From NCBI RefSeq assembly GCF_001194135.2, contig NC_068983.1, positions 154,798,906-154,841,654 on the forward strand: a stretch of DNA of 42,749 bases, read 5' to 3'. This stretch comes from Octopus bimaculoides (taxonomy: Eukaryota). This document shows, piece after piece, positions 11,685-22,949 of this stretch. A program made the position numbers and the translations under genes. The stretch's first letter is position 1. Every line of letters starts with the position of its first letter. The notes under the pieces are model-generated. The model searched no databases. It saw nothing but the letters and a program-made list of their open reading frames with translations, and was not told where the DNA came from.

Positions 11685-12437
11685 TTTCACTTATTTTCCA
11701 CAAGGATGAGGGAGACAATACAAAGACAGACATAAAGTGTTGGGGTTTACATATAATGAAATGATAAAAGAACGTACGTATACACGGTATACACTGAAAC
11801 AGAAGGGACTTATGCATAGCATACAAAGGTATAGAAAAAAATAAAGGGGGAGAGGAGGATGATGGAGATGTGGCCCTCCTGATACAGGAAGGCCTCTAGG
11901 GATAATCGAAGAACCTCACTGTCCGAGATTTCCCTGAATCCCCGAGAGCAAGCGCCTTCTCCAATTCCTTCTCTACGACTCACAGGTCTACACTTAGAGG
12001 TACCATCCACTCTTGCCATTTTCACAACTTTCACCTTTCAATAAACTTACTCGAGGACAGCACTTCCCTCTCCAATCTCAATTTCCTTTTCAAGTGAAAT
12101 TTGAAGAAGTCAATGACAGCTCTACCAAAGAGGAATGCATTTGTCCTCATGCTTTTCAGTCTTGTCCACCAAACAACCTCTTTCGCCACAGCCTCCAGGC
12201 AAAGGAAAATTGCTTTACTTGCCTGATTGAAGGTATCCAGCGGGACGATCATCACTGCAGACTCGACCGACGGACGGATCCGTCCCACACGTGATAGCAG
12301 CTGTTCGACATAACCCCACAAGTCAGCAATGACCGGACACTGAACGGGAGCGTCCAGAACGGTTTTTGCATTCTGTGCGTACCTCGGACAAGCCCGTCTG
12401 ACAACACATCCGTGCCTGTAGAGTTTATCGCGAACCG
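11685..12437 (-). mobile_element. L1/Tx1-like LINE, 3' fragment (zf-RVT-like C-terminus and 3' UTR)
   Basis: RDKLYRHG..RACPRYAQNAKTVLDAPVQCPVIADLWGYVEQLL...AKEVVWWTR...FFKFHLKRKLRLER...ERW; CxxC..H..xC-derived finger; 3' UTR ends in an (ATC/ATT) tail. Confidence 0.75.
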
Positions 12438-12439
12438 AC

Positions 12440-12560
12440 GATCCTTTCTATTATAGGCACAAGGCCTGAAATTTTAGGGAAGGGGACTAGTCGATTACAT
12501 CGACCCCAGTGTTTCACTGGCACTAAATTTATCAACCCCGAAAAGATAAAAGGCAAAGTC
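12440..12560 (-). mobile_element. SINE family A, 3' half
   Basis: Reverse complement of gactttgccttttatcttttcggggttgataaatt...gtaatcgactagtcccc...ggccttgtgcctataatagaaagg. Confidence 0.85.
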
Positions 12561-13099
12561 TGGTGTATAGCCGCAGTTTAAATGGGTGCAAAACCTAAAA
12601 CAAATTATGTGTGTGTATGTGTGTGGTTGGGTCTTTAATAGTCAAGGGTCAATTTAAGGAATTCAAAACGGCAACACACGCAATCATATACATAAAAACA
12701 TACCCATACATACACACACATACACAAATACATAGCTATCAACCACTCACAAAGCCAGTTTGATCCAAAATTCTGACCACCATTCTTTATATATATCTGC
12801 ATACAAACGCACACATACACACATTCAACTTTTCGCTTTTATTCATTACTTTTGTTTTCTTTTAATCATCTGTCACTATTCATCTGTTTTTAGTTTTTGA
12901 TTTTGTTTGGCGGTTTCATTTTGGCGACACCAGTTATATATAGTACCAGTAATTTGCTTGGTGTCGTCAAAGTGGAAAAAGTGTTGTTTTTTGTTAAGTT
13001 TTGGGAAATTTGAAGTAAAAAGGCATGAGTTTTTTAAACTGACTGTCACACAGATGTGAAAATATGGCTACTACTCGTTAATTACAAATTTAACTTACC

Positions 13100-13232
13100 T
13101 AAGACGAGAGTCTTCTAGCACCCCGTAGCGCCCCCAAGTCTCTTATCCCCCCAAGAGCCCATTTGCCCCAAAACGCCCCCCTCGAGCTCCAAATGGCCAT
13201 CCGGAGAGCCATATGGCCTTCGTTGAGAATCT
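13100..13232 (-). mobile_element. hAT (Charlie-like) MITE end
   Basis: Minus strand tagagcaaagattctcaacgaaggccatatggc followed by G-rich sequence resembles TAGAGCAGTGGTTCTCAAC Charlie-type ends. Confidence 0.4.
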
Positions 13233-13329
13233 TTGCTCTAAATCATTAAAGGTGATACTCCAGCATGGCCGCAGTCTAAATAACTGGAACAAGTAAAAGA
13301 TAGTGATTATATAGATATATGTGTCAGCA

Positions 13330-13575
13330 CAATCGTTTAGCAATATACATATAGGAGAATTTATGAAAACAACAACAGACGAAGACAGGTGGTGTAAACA
13401 ACAAACGGATGTATTAGTATAACGCTCGGGAATAGAGAAAGTCTTTAACGTTTCGAGCCTACGCTCTTCAACAGAAAGGAACGCAGAAAGAAACATGGAG
13501 AGGAAAAAATATAAATGTAGTAGTCAGCGATATATCATGGCGAACGCCGGACAGAAGGATCACACAGGAGAGCTA
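13330..13575 (-). mobile_element. Penelope-type terminal-repeat-like segment carrying a hammerhead-like motif
   Basis: Contains the acgtttcgagc...gctcttc motif typical of PLE pseudo-LTRs. Confidence 0.55.
13443..13478 (-). ncRNA. Minimal type I hammerhead-ribozyme-like motif (core variant)
   Basis: 5'-CUUU CUGUUGA A GAGC GUAG GCUC GAAA CGUU AAAG-3': stem I CUUU/AAAG, stem II GAGC/GCUC, palindromic stem III; A6 is replaced by U. Confidence 0.5.
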
Positions 13576-13689
13576 AGAAGAAGGGGATATATATATATAT
13601 ATATTCCTACCTCCCCAAAAAATAAGAGACAAATGAACCCAAAAATTATAGACCCATAACTTCCTTATCAATAATGTATAAAATACTAA

Positions 13690-13925
13690 CATCTGTCTTG
13701 ACTGAATATACCTATAGTCTTTTTTTATAAAAAGTGGCATATTTCCTAATGAGTAAAAATGATGTAAACGTGGGTCCTATGGTTGTAAAGATCTGCTACT
13801 CATCAATAAAATGATCTTGGAAAATTGTCACAAACGAAACAAAAAACTTGTCGATAGCCTGGGTTGACTATAAAAAAGCTTTTGATAGTCTACCACGTAG
13901 CTGGATTAAGAAATGCCAAGAAATC
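13690..13925 (+). mobile_element. R4/Dong-like (REL-class) LINE RT fragment
   Basis: GSYGCKDLLLINKMILENC...KN / IAWVDYKKAFDSLPRSWIKKC matches the GCKDQLLINK...AWIDYKKAFDSVPHSW motif of R4-type RTs. Confidence 0.75.
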
Positions 13926-13984
13926 GGTTGTTGTTTCATTGTTATATACCGCTGATCACAGTATTTTTCTTGGCATTCTTGTAG

Positions 13985-14210
13985 CCTTCGAATGGTACCA
14001 CTCCGCTGACGAAGCGAACATGCCTACATCTCCACTGAGCAGGACGCCAGACCGTACCAGGGCTACCTATTTTTCAGCTGAGTGGACTGGAGTAACGTAA
14101 AATGACGTCTTTTTTACTCAATAAAACAACGCAACGCCGGTTTAGGAATCGAAACCACGTTCTTGCGATCGTGAGTGCAATACCCTAGCCAATAGGCCAT
14201 ATACCTTCAC
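13985..14210 (-). mobile_element. tRNA-headed SINE family D
   Basis: caggacgccag...cagctgagtggactggag(t/c)aacgt...acaacgc...taggaatcgaaaccac; shared with copies at 16740, 17285 and 39441. Confidence 0.75.
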
Positions 14211-14214
14211 ACGC

Positions 14215-14500
14215 GCATATGTATGTATGTACGTATGTATGTATGTACGTATGTATGTATGTATGTATGTATGTATGCATGAATGTATGTATGTACACAT
14301 ACATATGTATGTATGTATGTATGTACGTATGTATGTATGTATGTACACATAAACATGTAGGTATATATGTATAGGCACGCTCACATTTATACATATATAT
14401 TTTTTTATTTATTAATACACATATATGCACACATACAAACAAACACGCACACACACACACATACAGATACACATGTTGATGCATACATGCATACAATTAA
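14215..14500. repeat. (TATG)n and (CA)n microsatellites
   Basis: Visible tandem repeats. Confidence 0.95.
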
Positions 14501-14944
14501 GACACAATCAGTTTTTTTATGAAAAAAAATATATAATTATATTCAGTGGCGATAAAATAAATTATTAAATGCAACGAAATTAAATCAAAATAACGAGAAG
14601 ACATCACGAAAATGAAAAAAATTATATAGTTCAATGTAAAGACTCTGAAAAGATTAAAGATAACTATAATTGCCATTAAGTCTGCCAGAACTATTGTAGG
14701 CTAGCAACTGGTAAGTCTAGTAAGTATAATAGCATTTAATCATGTTTTATGTTTACCAACCTGACAGACTTATAAGAAACCCACGCAAAGAAGAAAAGCA
14801 ATTTCTTAAACGTGGTTCTCGATACGATCATACTGCGCGCCACCTAAGGCAAGAGTTTTTCACTTAAAAGCCTCGGGTGGATAAAACCATTGTGAATGTA
14901 AATTTGTAAGACGGAAATTCAACGTAATCTCGTCGGATTTATGT

Positions 14945-15700
14945 GAGGGAGAGAAAGAGAGAAAGAGAGAGAGAGAGAGAAAGAAAGAAAAAAAGAAAGA
15001 AAGAAAGAAAGAAAGAGAGATTCCACGTATGTGCGTTTTGGGTTTCTCTGTGTATGAGTTTGAGTGTAAACTCATATACATTACATGTCTGTATGTATTA
15101 TGTATGTACGTATGTATGTATGTATGTATGTATGTATAGGTATGCATGTATGTATGTATGTATGTATGTATGTATGTATGCATGCATGTAGTTCTAAAGC
15201 TNNNNNNNNNNNNNNNNNNNNNNNNNNNNNNNNNNNNNNNNNNNNNNNNNNNNNNNNNNNNNNNNNNNNNNNNNNNNNNNNNNNNNNNNNNNNNNNNNNN
15301 NNNNNNNNNNNNNNNNNNNNNNNNNNNNNNNNNNNNNNNNNNNNNNNNNNNNNNNNATTCCACGTATGTGCGTTTTGGGTTTCTCTGTGTATGAGTTTGA
15401 GTGTAAACACATATACATTACATGTCTGTATGTATTATGTATGTACGTATGTATGTATGTATGTATGTATGTATGTATGTATGTATGTATAGGTATGCAT
15501 GTATGTATGTATGTATGTATGTATGTATGTATGCATGCATGTAGTTCTAAAGCTATATGTGTGCAAAGCTAAAAATGTGTGTGTTAGGGTTTTTCTGCTT
15601 GTATATATGTATTTGAGTGTATACATATGCACATTATATGTATGTATATAGCTCTAAAGCTCTGTGTGCAAAGCAAAAAACGTCATTATATATATATATG

Positions 15701-15748
<48 letters not shown>

Positions 15749-15750
15749 CC
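14945..15750. repeat. (GA/GAAA)n, (TATG)n and (TG)n block with a 185 bp segment repeated either side of the 15202-15356 gap
   Basis: 15017-15201 recurs essentially identically at about 15357-15551. Confidence 0.9.
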
Positions 15751-15864
15751 CAGAAGAGAGTTCAAAGAATCAATAATGTGCAGCCGCGCAAGAGGAGGAA
15801 GAATGGAAAAAAAGGAAATAATGATCGCACTCAAAATAATCTTCATTATAATTGGGAGAGCAAG

Positions 15865-16045
15865 AAGAATCGTTAAAACAGCAGAAAACTGCCTTGTGGT
15901 ATTCGTTCGGGCTCTACACTCTGAGTGTAAATCCCACCGATATCAACTTCTTCTGTTATCCCTCCCGGTGTCTACACAGTAAAGTATCAATCAAGTGACG
16001 ATGTAATCGAGTAACCCTACCCTTCAGAAACTGCTAGCTTCACGC
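15865..16045 (+). mobile_element. Highly degenerate SINE family A copy
   Basis: ctctgagtgtaaatcccaccgatatcaactt...gatgtaatcgagtaaccc residual similarity to the family A consensus. Confidence 0.55.
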
Positions 16046-16064
16046 CTTGATCAGTGACAATTAT

Positions 16065-16560
16065 ATTAAAGCCAACAAGTAAACCAGTATCACTGCCCAA
16101 GGATGTTACATTCATAAGAGAACACGGTGAGGCATGTAAGGCAGCTGTAGGAGACCCATTTTTCTCTTTCGAATCAAAACTCTGAGAAGTCCAAGTTGAT
16201 CTCAAGGCTAGATTCATCGTTTCATATGAGACAGCTGTAGTACTTACTACTCAAACCAAATATGTTTCATCTGTCCAGGAACACAAGATGATCCATCCTC
16301 ATGACTGAACTCACAGTGCCCTTGCAGGGCAGATTTGACATGTCTCGCCAAATGAAGAGAGCAAATATTAAGATATCAATACTGAGTCAATGAGACTTTT
16401 CTCGAAGTATGGCAACAGTCTCATTCCTCGTTGAAACCAGCTTTCATGGTTTCCCAGCAAGACCTGTGTGCTATTTCTTACTGAAAATTGAACTGGAACT
16501 CAAACAATTGAGGAAAGCTATCAAAAAGTTAGTAATATCAGTTCAGACTAGCTGTGTATA
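16065..16560 (+). mobile_element. Hero-like non-LTR element, restriction-like endonuclease (REL) domain remnant
   Basis: VTFIREHGE; QVDLK; ILMTELTVPLQGRFDMSRQMKRA; VETSFHGFPARPVCYFLLKIEL..KQLRKAIKKL parallel the recalled Hero motifs IAFVRAGE, VDL, LELTVPWE..EEAxERKRAKY, VEVGCRGF. Confidence 0.7.
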
Positions 16561-16739
16561 TGTACTTATATTTATGTCATGTTCCTTTATATCCATCCAG
16601 GAACTTGTTTTACATATTACTCTATCGTCCAGACTGTCGGATTTTATTATACATCGCTGGTCACGAAACCTTTCTTGGAATTGTTTTAGCTTTCGAATGA
16701 AATTACTTTGTTGGCTAGACGGCCCGATCAACATTCTCT

Positions 16740-16895
16740 CTTGAAGGAATGCCAGTCTGTCGCAGGGGTTCCCATTTACAGCTGAATAAACTGGAGCAAC
16801 ATGAAATGAAACACAACGCACCGCTAGTCTGAAAATTGAAACTGCAAACCTGTGATCGAGATTACGATATCTTAACCACCGTGTACAAGCTTTCA
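16740..16895 (-). mobile_element. SINE family D copy
   Basis: gaaggaatgccagtctgtcgcagggg...acagctgaataaactggagcaacatgaaatgaaacacaacgcaccgc. Confidence 0.7.
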
Positions 16896-17109
16896 CATTT
16901 TACAAATAAAATTCGATAACATAAGTATCTTTCTGAAATAAGAACAGGGGTTGATAAAATCAACTAAAGCCATCGCAGACATTTCCACAGCGTTGTCCAA
17001 TGACTGAAACTAGAAAAAAAGGAGAGAAACTCTAATGATACTTTAGTTTAGCCAACCGAGAGTGTAATTTGCAACAGCAGCAGCAACGCATACGTTAACA
17101 GCAGCATAA

Positions 17110-17730
17110 CGAAGGCGAACATATCTGCCACTGTCAAGTAGTCTTGTGAGTAGATTTGGTAAACAGAAACCGAAAGAAGCCTGTTATACATACACGCGCA
17201 TATACATATAAAAAAGATCAAAGGTCCTTCGCAAGCCATAGGCTCATAAGGCTGTCTTGCTTGGATTTAGTAAAATATGTAATCTGGGACGAGACACACC
17301 TCTATTCATTTTTGGCTGCTGAATGAATTGGAGCAACGTGTCCTGAAGTATTCTTCTCAAGAACACAACTCGCCACCTGGTCTAGGAATCGAAACCACAA
17401 TCTTACGATTATGGGTACGACATCCTAACCATTAAGCCACACGCCTCCACTCTGTGGGGGGGGGGGGTAAATATATATGTTTGTGTATGTTTATGATTGC
17501 ATGTGTCTGTCTTTGTGTTCTTTGTAGTTGTCCCTTACCGCTGTTTTTGAACCGGTGTTGGGTTGTCTGTGCACGTAGCTTAGTGGTTCGGCGTAAGCGA
17601 TCGTTAGAATAAGAACCAGATTTAAATACGAAAACAAAGAGTACTGAAGTTGATTTATTCGACTAAACTCTTCGAGGTGGTGCACCAGCATGACCACAGA
17701 ACAATAACTAAAACAAGAAAAAATACAAGA
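17110..17730. mobile_element. Fragments of SINE family C (+; 17110-17200 and 17480-17730) around a family D copy (-; 17285-17450)
   Basis: cttgtgagtagatttggtaaacagaaaccgaaagaagcc; gcttagtggttcggc...gtggtgcaccagcatgaccacag; ctaggaatcgaaaccacaatc. Confidence 0.7.
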
Positions 17731-18059
17731 ACAAAGAATACTATAGTAAAGAAAATATACTCCCCGCCCCTCTCTCTCTCTCTCTCTATCCCTCTCTGCT
17801 AAGAGCAAACTGTCTCACCATAAAGCCTAGAGACGGAGATAAGATTAAAAGAAATCTAATTTATATATCTTTTATNNNNNNNNNNNNNNNNNNNNNNNNN
17901 NNNNNNNNNNNNNNNNNNNNNNNNNNNNNNNNNNNNNNNNNNNNNNNNNNNNNNNNNNNNNNNNNNNNNNNNNNNNNNNNNNNNNNNNNNNNNNNNNNTT
18001 CAAGTCTTTATTCGAACTAAATGACTCCAGTATTTATTTTCAGGCTCTTATTCTCTCGG

Positions 18060-18295
18060 TCTTTTTTTTTTTTTTACCGAATCGCTCAATCACATGGACG
18101 AAAACAAACCAACAACAGTTGTCAATCGGTGGTGGGCGACAAACATAAGGACACACACACACACACACATACACCTGTTGCGGGTCCAGTCCCACTGCGT
18201 GGCCCCTTGGGCAAGTGACTTCTACTATAACTTCGGGCCAATCAAAGCCTTGTGAGTGGATTTGGTAGAGAAGCCCTTCATATATATATAGATGC
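18060..18295. mobile_element. Two SINE family C fragments in opposite orientation joined at a (CA)n
   Basis: 18060-18170 matches the minus orientation; 18176-18290 (cagtcccactgcgtggccccttgggcaagtg...ccttgtgagtggatttggtag) matches the plus orientation. Confidence 0.7.
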
Positions 18296-18419
18296 CTCAA
18301 CCATCTTTCATCACCTTCTTCAGATTTCTCTGCAAATGACGAAGAGAGTAAGCAGACCAAAACGTAGCAACCGTTTGGCGAGCAAATCAAGAGAAAGTAT
18401 GAAAGATCTTAGTTTTATA

Positions 18420-19120
18420 AAAAAAGAGAAAAAATGTAATAGAAAAGTGAATGGAACAGTCAAGCTCAGAAATTAGAAACCCCTTAGCGCAAACCATCAA
18501 AATAACAACAAAAGTAGCAGATACTTGAAAAACTTCAACGCACAATAGCAGCCAAATCACGTCACCAACAACAATAGGAACGTAGCAACAATCACAACAG
18601 ATACATCTAAAGGAACTACAAAATCAGTCAAACACGCAAGAAACAAACTCCATCAATTTCAGTGTTGTAAATAAAAACGATAGTGAATTGATGAAGTATA
18701 TATCAACACAACTGAAAGGCAATATAGAGACAGCGGGGTGGCGGTTTTAAAGATTTCAGCCTCAAAACCCCCACAGATAGATTATAATATTCAAGACGTT
18801 GACTGACGTCTTCAAAACTTTGCTAAATAAATTCTAATCAGAAACGGAATAGACGAAAGACTATAAGAGGGAACATTCTCTCGAAGAGAGGATCGGATTA
18901 CCCATCCTTTTCAAAGATCGAGATGAGTTACTTCTCTTTTCTTTTCTCCAGCATGCCTGTACTTAAAATGGGGTGTATAAATGTATGCAACCTGGAGTCA
19001 GCTTGAAATTAAGGCCACTTGCTCAGTTACCACAAGTCATTAGGCAGTGATGTAGCAGCCATTAGTAGGCTCATGACTTTTAGAATGCTCTAACTTGTGT
19101 CTGTTATCGATTAGGTATTT
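18420..19120 (+). mobile_element. Decayed L1/Tx1-like ORF1 tail and start of ORF2 APE endonuclease
   Basis: ATG at 18953: MPVLKMGCINVCNLESA*N*GHLLSYHKSLGSDVAAIS aligns by eye with IGNINACALGLPGKQGYLLNDLTSLSVDVVAISET at 34133; upstream is Thr/Ser/Asn-rich low-complexity coding-like DNA. Confidence 0.6.
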
Positions 19121-19265
19121 TTATATCGTTGTTTATTGAGGTTGTGTGCGGCGGATTAGTAGTTATATTCTGGAACACCTTTAATCTCAAGGTACGGACA
19201 ATCATCATGAAGCAGGGGGTAATTTAACATAATCCTTGATGTGAACGGCACCACCACCACCACCA

Positions 19266-19319
<54 letters not shown>

Positions 19320-19814
19320 TTTCTTCTTTTTCTTCTTCTTTACTTCTTTAATCAATAAGACTGCCTCTACAATTAACATCACTCCCATCTTCTGAATTCT
19401 TCATCTTCTCTCACACTTCCTCCTTTTAACTCCTTGTTTCTGTTTCTTCCATTTCTCCTCCTATGTCACTCACTGATACCACTACAGTCACTACCACACA
19501 CACAAAAAAAAGAGACAAATAAAAAAAAGGCGAAAGAACGAGACAAAGGAGATAAAAATAAAATGAAGGGAGAAACATGAACAAAAGAACAACAGTATTG
19601 TGAGAGGGGAGAGAAAGGGGTAAAGAGTACAAGGCAGAAAAACGAAAAGAAGAAATATGTACGAAAAACACTGAAATCAAAGGATTAAACAAAGAAGAAT
19701 CAGAGAGAGTACCAACGAAGAGGATAAACGGAAATAGTAACTGCTTGGACTAAAAACAAACAGCAGCGAAAATAAAAAAGGAAAGAGAAAAGTGAACAAC
19801 TGTGGAGAAATAAA

Positions 19815-19975
19815 CGCCATATTTCAATGGCTCAAAGAGATGTAAGTTATACGTAGCTGAAAACCGAACAGTTTTTTAGATTCAAGAATTCCACTGCGCT
19901 ACTTAATTCCAGATCCGAAATGTTTAGTAAATGCAAGCACATCGACAAATTTCTTTTGTCGAAATGGTGGACACT
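19815..19975 (+). mobile_element. Penelope-like element C-terminal scrap
   Basis: TPYFNGSKRCKLYVAE, frameshift, then LLNSRSEMFSKCKHIDKFLLSKW. Confidence 0.75.
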
Positions 19976-20481
19976 GTCCTCTCCGGATGGATTGAATTGC
20001 TATTTCACATGCTTTGGCTCCCTCCTCATATTATTCTCCACCAGTTATGATTTCTACAGACAAAGTGAACGCAGATCTTGGTTTTCTTTTCATTTCTTCC
20101 TTCTCGTTCCATTTTTCGCATCAACTTTCTCGTTTTTTTTCTCATGTTTTCTCATAGACCAGCATCCTCATTTTCAAACAGGTCAAACAGTATGCACTCA
20201 GCCTAAAAGACTACCTTGAGACATATGGCATATTTTATAAATCAGTTGAATTATTTGGTCCCCACGGTATGAAACTATTAATAGCTCTTTTCTAAATACT
20301 GTGTATATTAAATGATGTGTGTGTGTGTGTATATATAAACACACATACACACATATATACACACACCCACGTACACACATCAGATATTTTCAGATGAACC
20401 TAATGTACCATACATTCCATTACTTTCCATCTTCGACTACATCCAACAAGCTGAGAACGCACGGGTTTCATTCCGGTTTAC

Positions 20482-20540
20482 TTGTGCATGATAGCCTCCA
20501 TAGAACTCTCCATGTTCATTGAACATTCCATTAACGTTAA
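20482..20540 (-). CDS. Candidate 59-nt exon (V)NVNGMFNEHGEFYGGYHAQ
   Basis: Acceptor aaatctaacag|, donor CAA|gtaaac, phase 1 to 0; compatible with the 3471 microexon downstream. Confidence 0.3.
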
Positions 20541-21165
20541 CTGTTAGATTTTAATTTCAAATATATGCATGTATCTACTGATCGTTTAGGTGAGTGTTCT
20601 TTTTATTATTATTATTAAGTCATAAGTCAAGCATGATTTGAGCAGACCTATATTTAAAGGCATTTCAAGACAACCTAAACGTTTTATGGAAATTTTAGGC
20701 TATCAGAATCTAATGTTCTCCTTTGTTTTGAGACAGTTGAATGAGGTTTGATGACGTTTTGACTACTATTTCTAGTGAGCTGACCAATCACGTAGTGGCT
20801 TTCTCGTTCTGTCGTGTAAGTGTGTATAAATGCATTAGTTGCCCATACTATCCACGTTAAACATTTAATCACAAGTGATTCAAGAGATTGTTTGTTTGTA
20901 TGCTTGTTTTCCTAATTAGTTTTTAGCACGTTTCACAGATGATTCTAAAGAGATAATTAACATTCTTTCAAGCGGGGGTGAAAGCCTTTGCTGGAAGAAT
21001 TTCACTAATGGATTTTTGGATGACAGATTCATTCATTTACGAGAATGGTCTAAACTCTCAGATATGCGACCAGGTCATCAGATGTATCCATAAATAATGC
21101 TACAAAATTTTAAACGTCAAATAATCGCATACCAAAACTACAGACACCAGTATGCTTTATATACA

Positions 21166-21204
<39 letters not shown>

Positions 21205-21329
21205 GCATATAAATGCATATATAAATTTGTATTTATGTTTGTACGTACTACGGTTATATTGGCTATATTCTATATAAACTGTATGACTTGGGTATGGGAA
21301 ACCGGGTTAATCGGGTTAGTTGAGTGCTA

Positions 21330-22200
21330 GAGATGGTGAGCGGGCACACTCAAAGACCTTCCTGGAATGATGGAACTCTAGTTCTATTTAGGTGGCACAG
21401 ATCGAACATTCCGCCATTCTGTGGGCAGTCTTGGTTAGGGAAGACTAAAAGGAAACTCTGATATGAAACATCCAATTGATGCATCTACAGTCATCATATC
21501 GCTGGAGCATGGTAGCTGATACTTAGTGAGTGGTCTTTGTGTTGCATAAGCGACTGTCACAGTAATCCCTACAAAGTACACTCAAACACTATAGTACATT
21601 ATGATTCTTAGAACTATTACAATCCAGCATCGAAATATTTTATGAGGAATAGAACAAAATAACCAGTCTCTCAAAATGTTTTGGATTATGTGACATGAAA
21701 ACTTGACAGCAGATGATTTATGTTAAGATTCTTTTCTTTGATCTTCGCAATTAGGATTGGAATCCTTTATAACTGAGCAGCTTTACTTAAAGAGGGCGTT
21801 GCTCACTCATTTACAGGGAAGAGACTAGAAAATGCGTTCCAAACCTGCCCCACCAGTTGGATTGACAATAACGGCTGGTATCTGTTCAATTCAGTAGGAA
21901 CAGCAAACATAAAAACATAAACAAATGATAGATAAATCTACAAATGTGCTCTGAGAATGAGTGGACCCCAACTGGACGATGAAAAATCTAGCACGCCTGA
22001 GTACCGTACTGCACATATTGCAGCAGAGCTTGACCGAAAATGTATATTGCCGTCTTTTCCGAGAAACGATTGTCAGCCAATTAAAGTGGGTTGAGGTTAC
22101 AGTTTCTTTTGGATTTGACAGAACATTATACAAGAAACACAAGGATGGTGTTCACTTTGCCCTATGAAAAACTAGCTGACAAGCTAAATGACTTGTTATC
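21330..22200 (+). mobile_element. RTE-clade LINE 5' fragment (putative 5' UTR and APE endonuclease start)
   Basis: LDDEKSSTPEYRTAHIAAELDR / IAVFSEKRL / VG*GYSFFW / HKDGVHFAL match RTE APE motifs (RPERRTALVARELARY, IAALSETR, GYTFFW, GVGFAI). The UTR extent is inferred. Confidence 0.75.
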
Positions 22201-22949
22201 CAGTGTGAGTGACAATATCAATAAACTCCGCTGACCACTGTCTTGTGAGAATATAGTGGAAACAGCGCTAGGAAGCTTAAAACCAGTCTAATATAACATC
22301 ATTACAGCCACAAGTTCAGGGCAAGGGAATTATTAATGTATGCGGAAGAAACTGTTTCTAATTTTCGAGAATCTTAGACATGTAATTGTTTTCTTATTAT
22401 ACGGCTTATATGATGATAGCTATAATCTTGTGAGCCACTCGGAAGACGTACGAAAATAATAAAGCTCTTCTAAACTGCATTTATTGCTTATTGAACGTAA
22501 AGTAAATGTAAACGTAAAGTAATGCTTGTGCCAGCTCCAGGACAGCAGTATGTGGGCCAAATATACTTGTCGTAGAAACCAGACTTGAATAGATGAATTT
22601 GAGTTGTTGAAGGAAACGATTCTTGGCAAGTTTTAGACCCGTATAATTCTCTTCTGTACCCTTCGGTGATGACACAATATACTCTGCATTCTTTCGATAG
22701 GCAGGATTTTTTGAGAGGACGTGGTTGGCAGGTGGGATGGTGATTGTGGCGATATTTCTAGTCGTACCTTTGATCTAGAAAACTGTTGTTTTTTTTTTTT
22801 TCGCCCGAGAATTTCGAGAACTGGTTTCAAGAATGGAAAATTCTATTGCGAACGATGATGATTATATTTTGGATAAATATATTTACGACATGCTTTACGC
22901 TGTTTTGAAACCATTACACGAAACACGACATTATTTTTCGGTTCTCCTA

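Noticed and set aside
15017-15551. Apparent 185-bp tandem duplication
   Set aside because: Near-identical copies sit either side of an N-gap, the usual sign of overlapping contig ends left unmerged.
20482-20540. Similarity of FNEHGEFYGGY to the L1CAM/neuroglian FNEDGSFIGQY motif
   Set aside because: The key FIGQY residues differ and no flanking L1-family sequence is visible; too short to assign.
22488-22600. GFYDKYIWPTY resembling nicotinamide riboside kinase GYFDxxVWPMY
   Set aside because: Spacing to the upstream EG(F/Y) motif is about 15 residues too short and the sequence between does not match.
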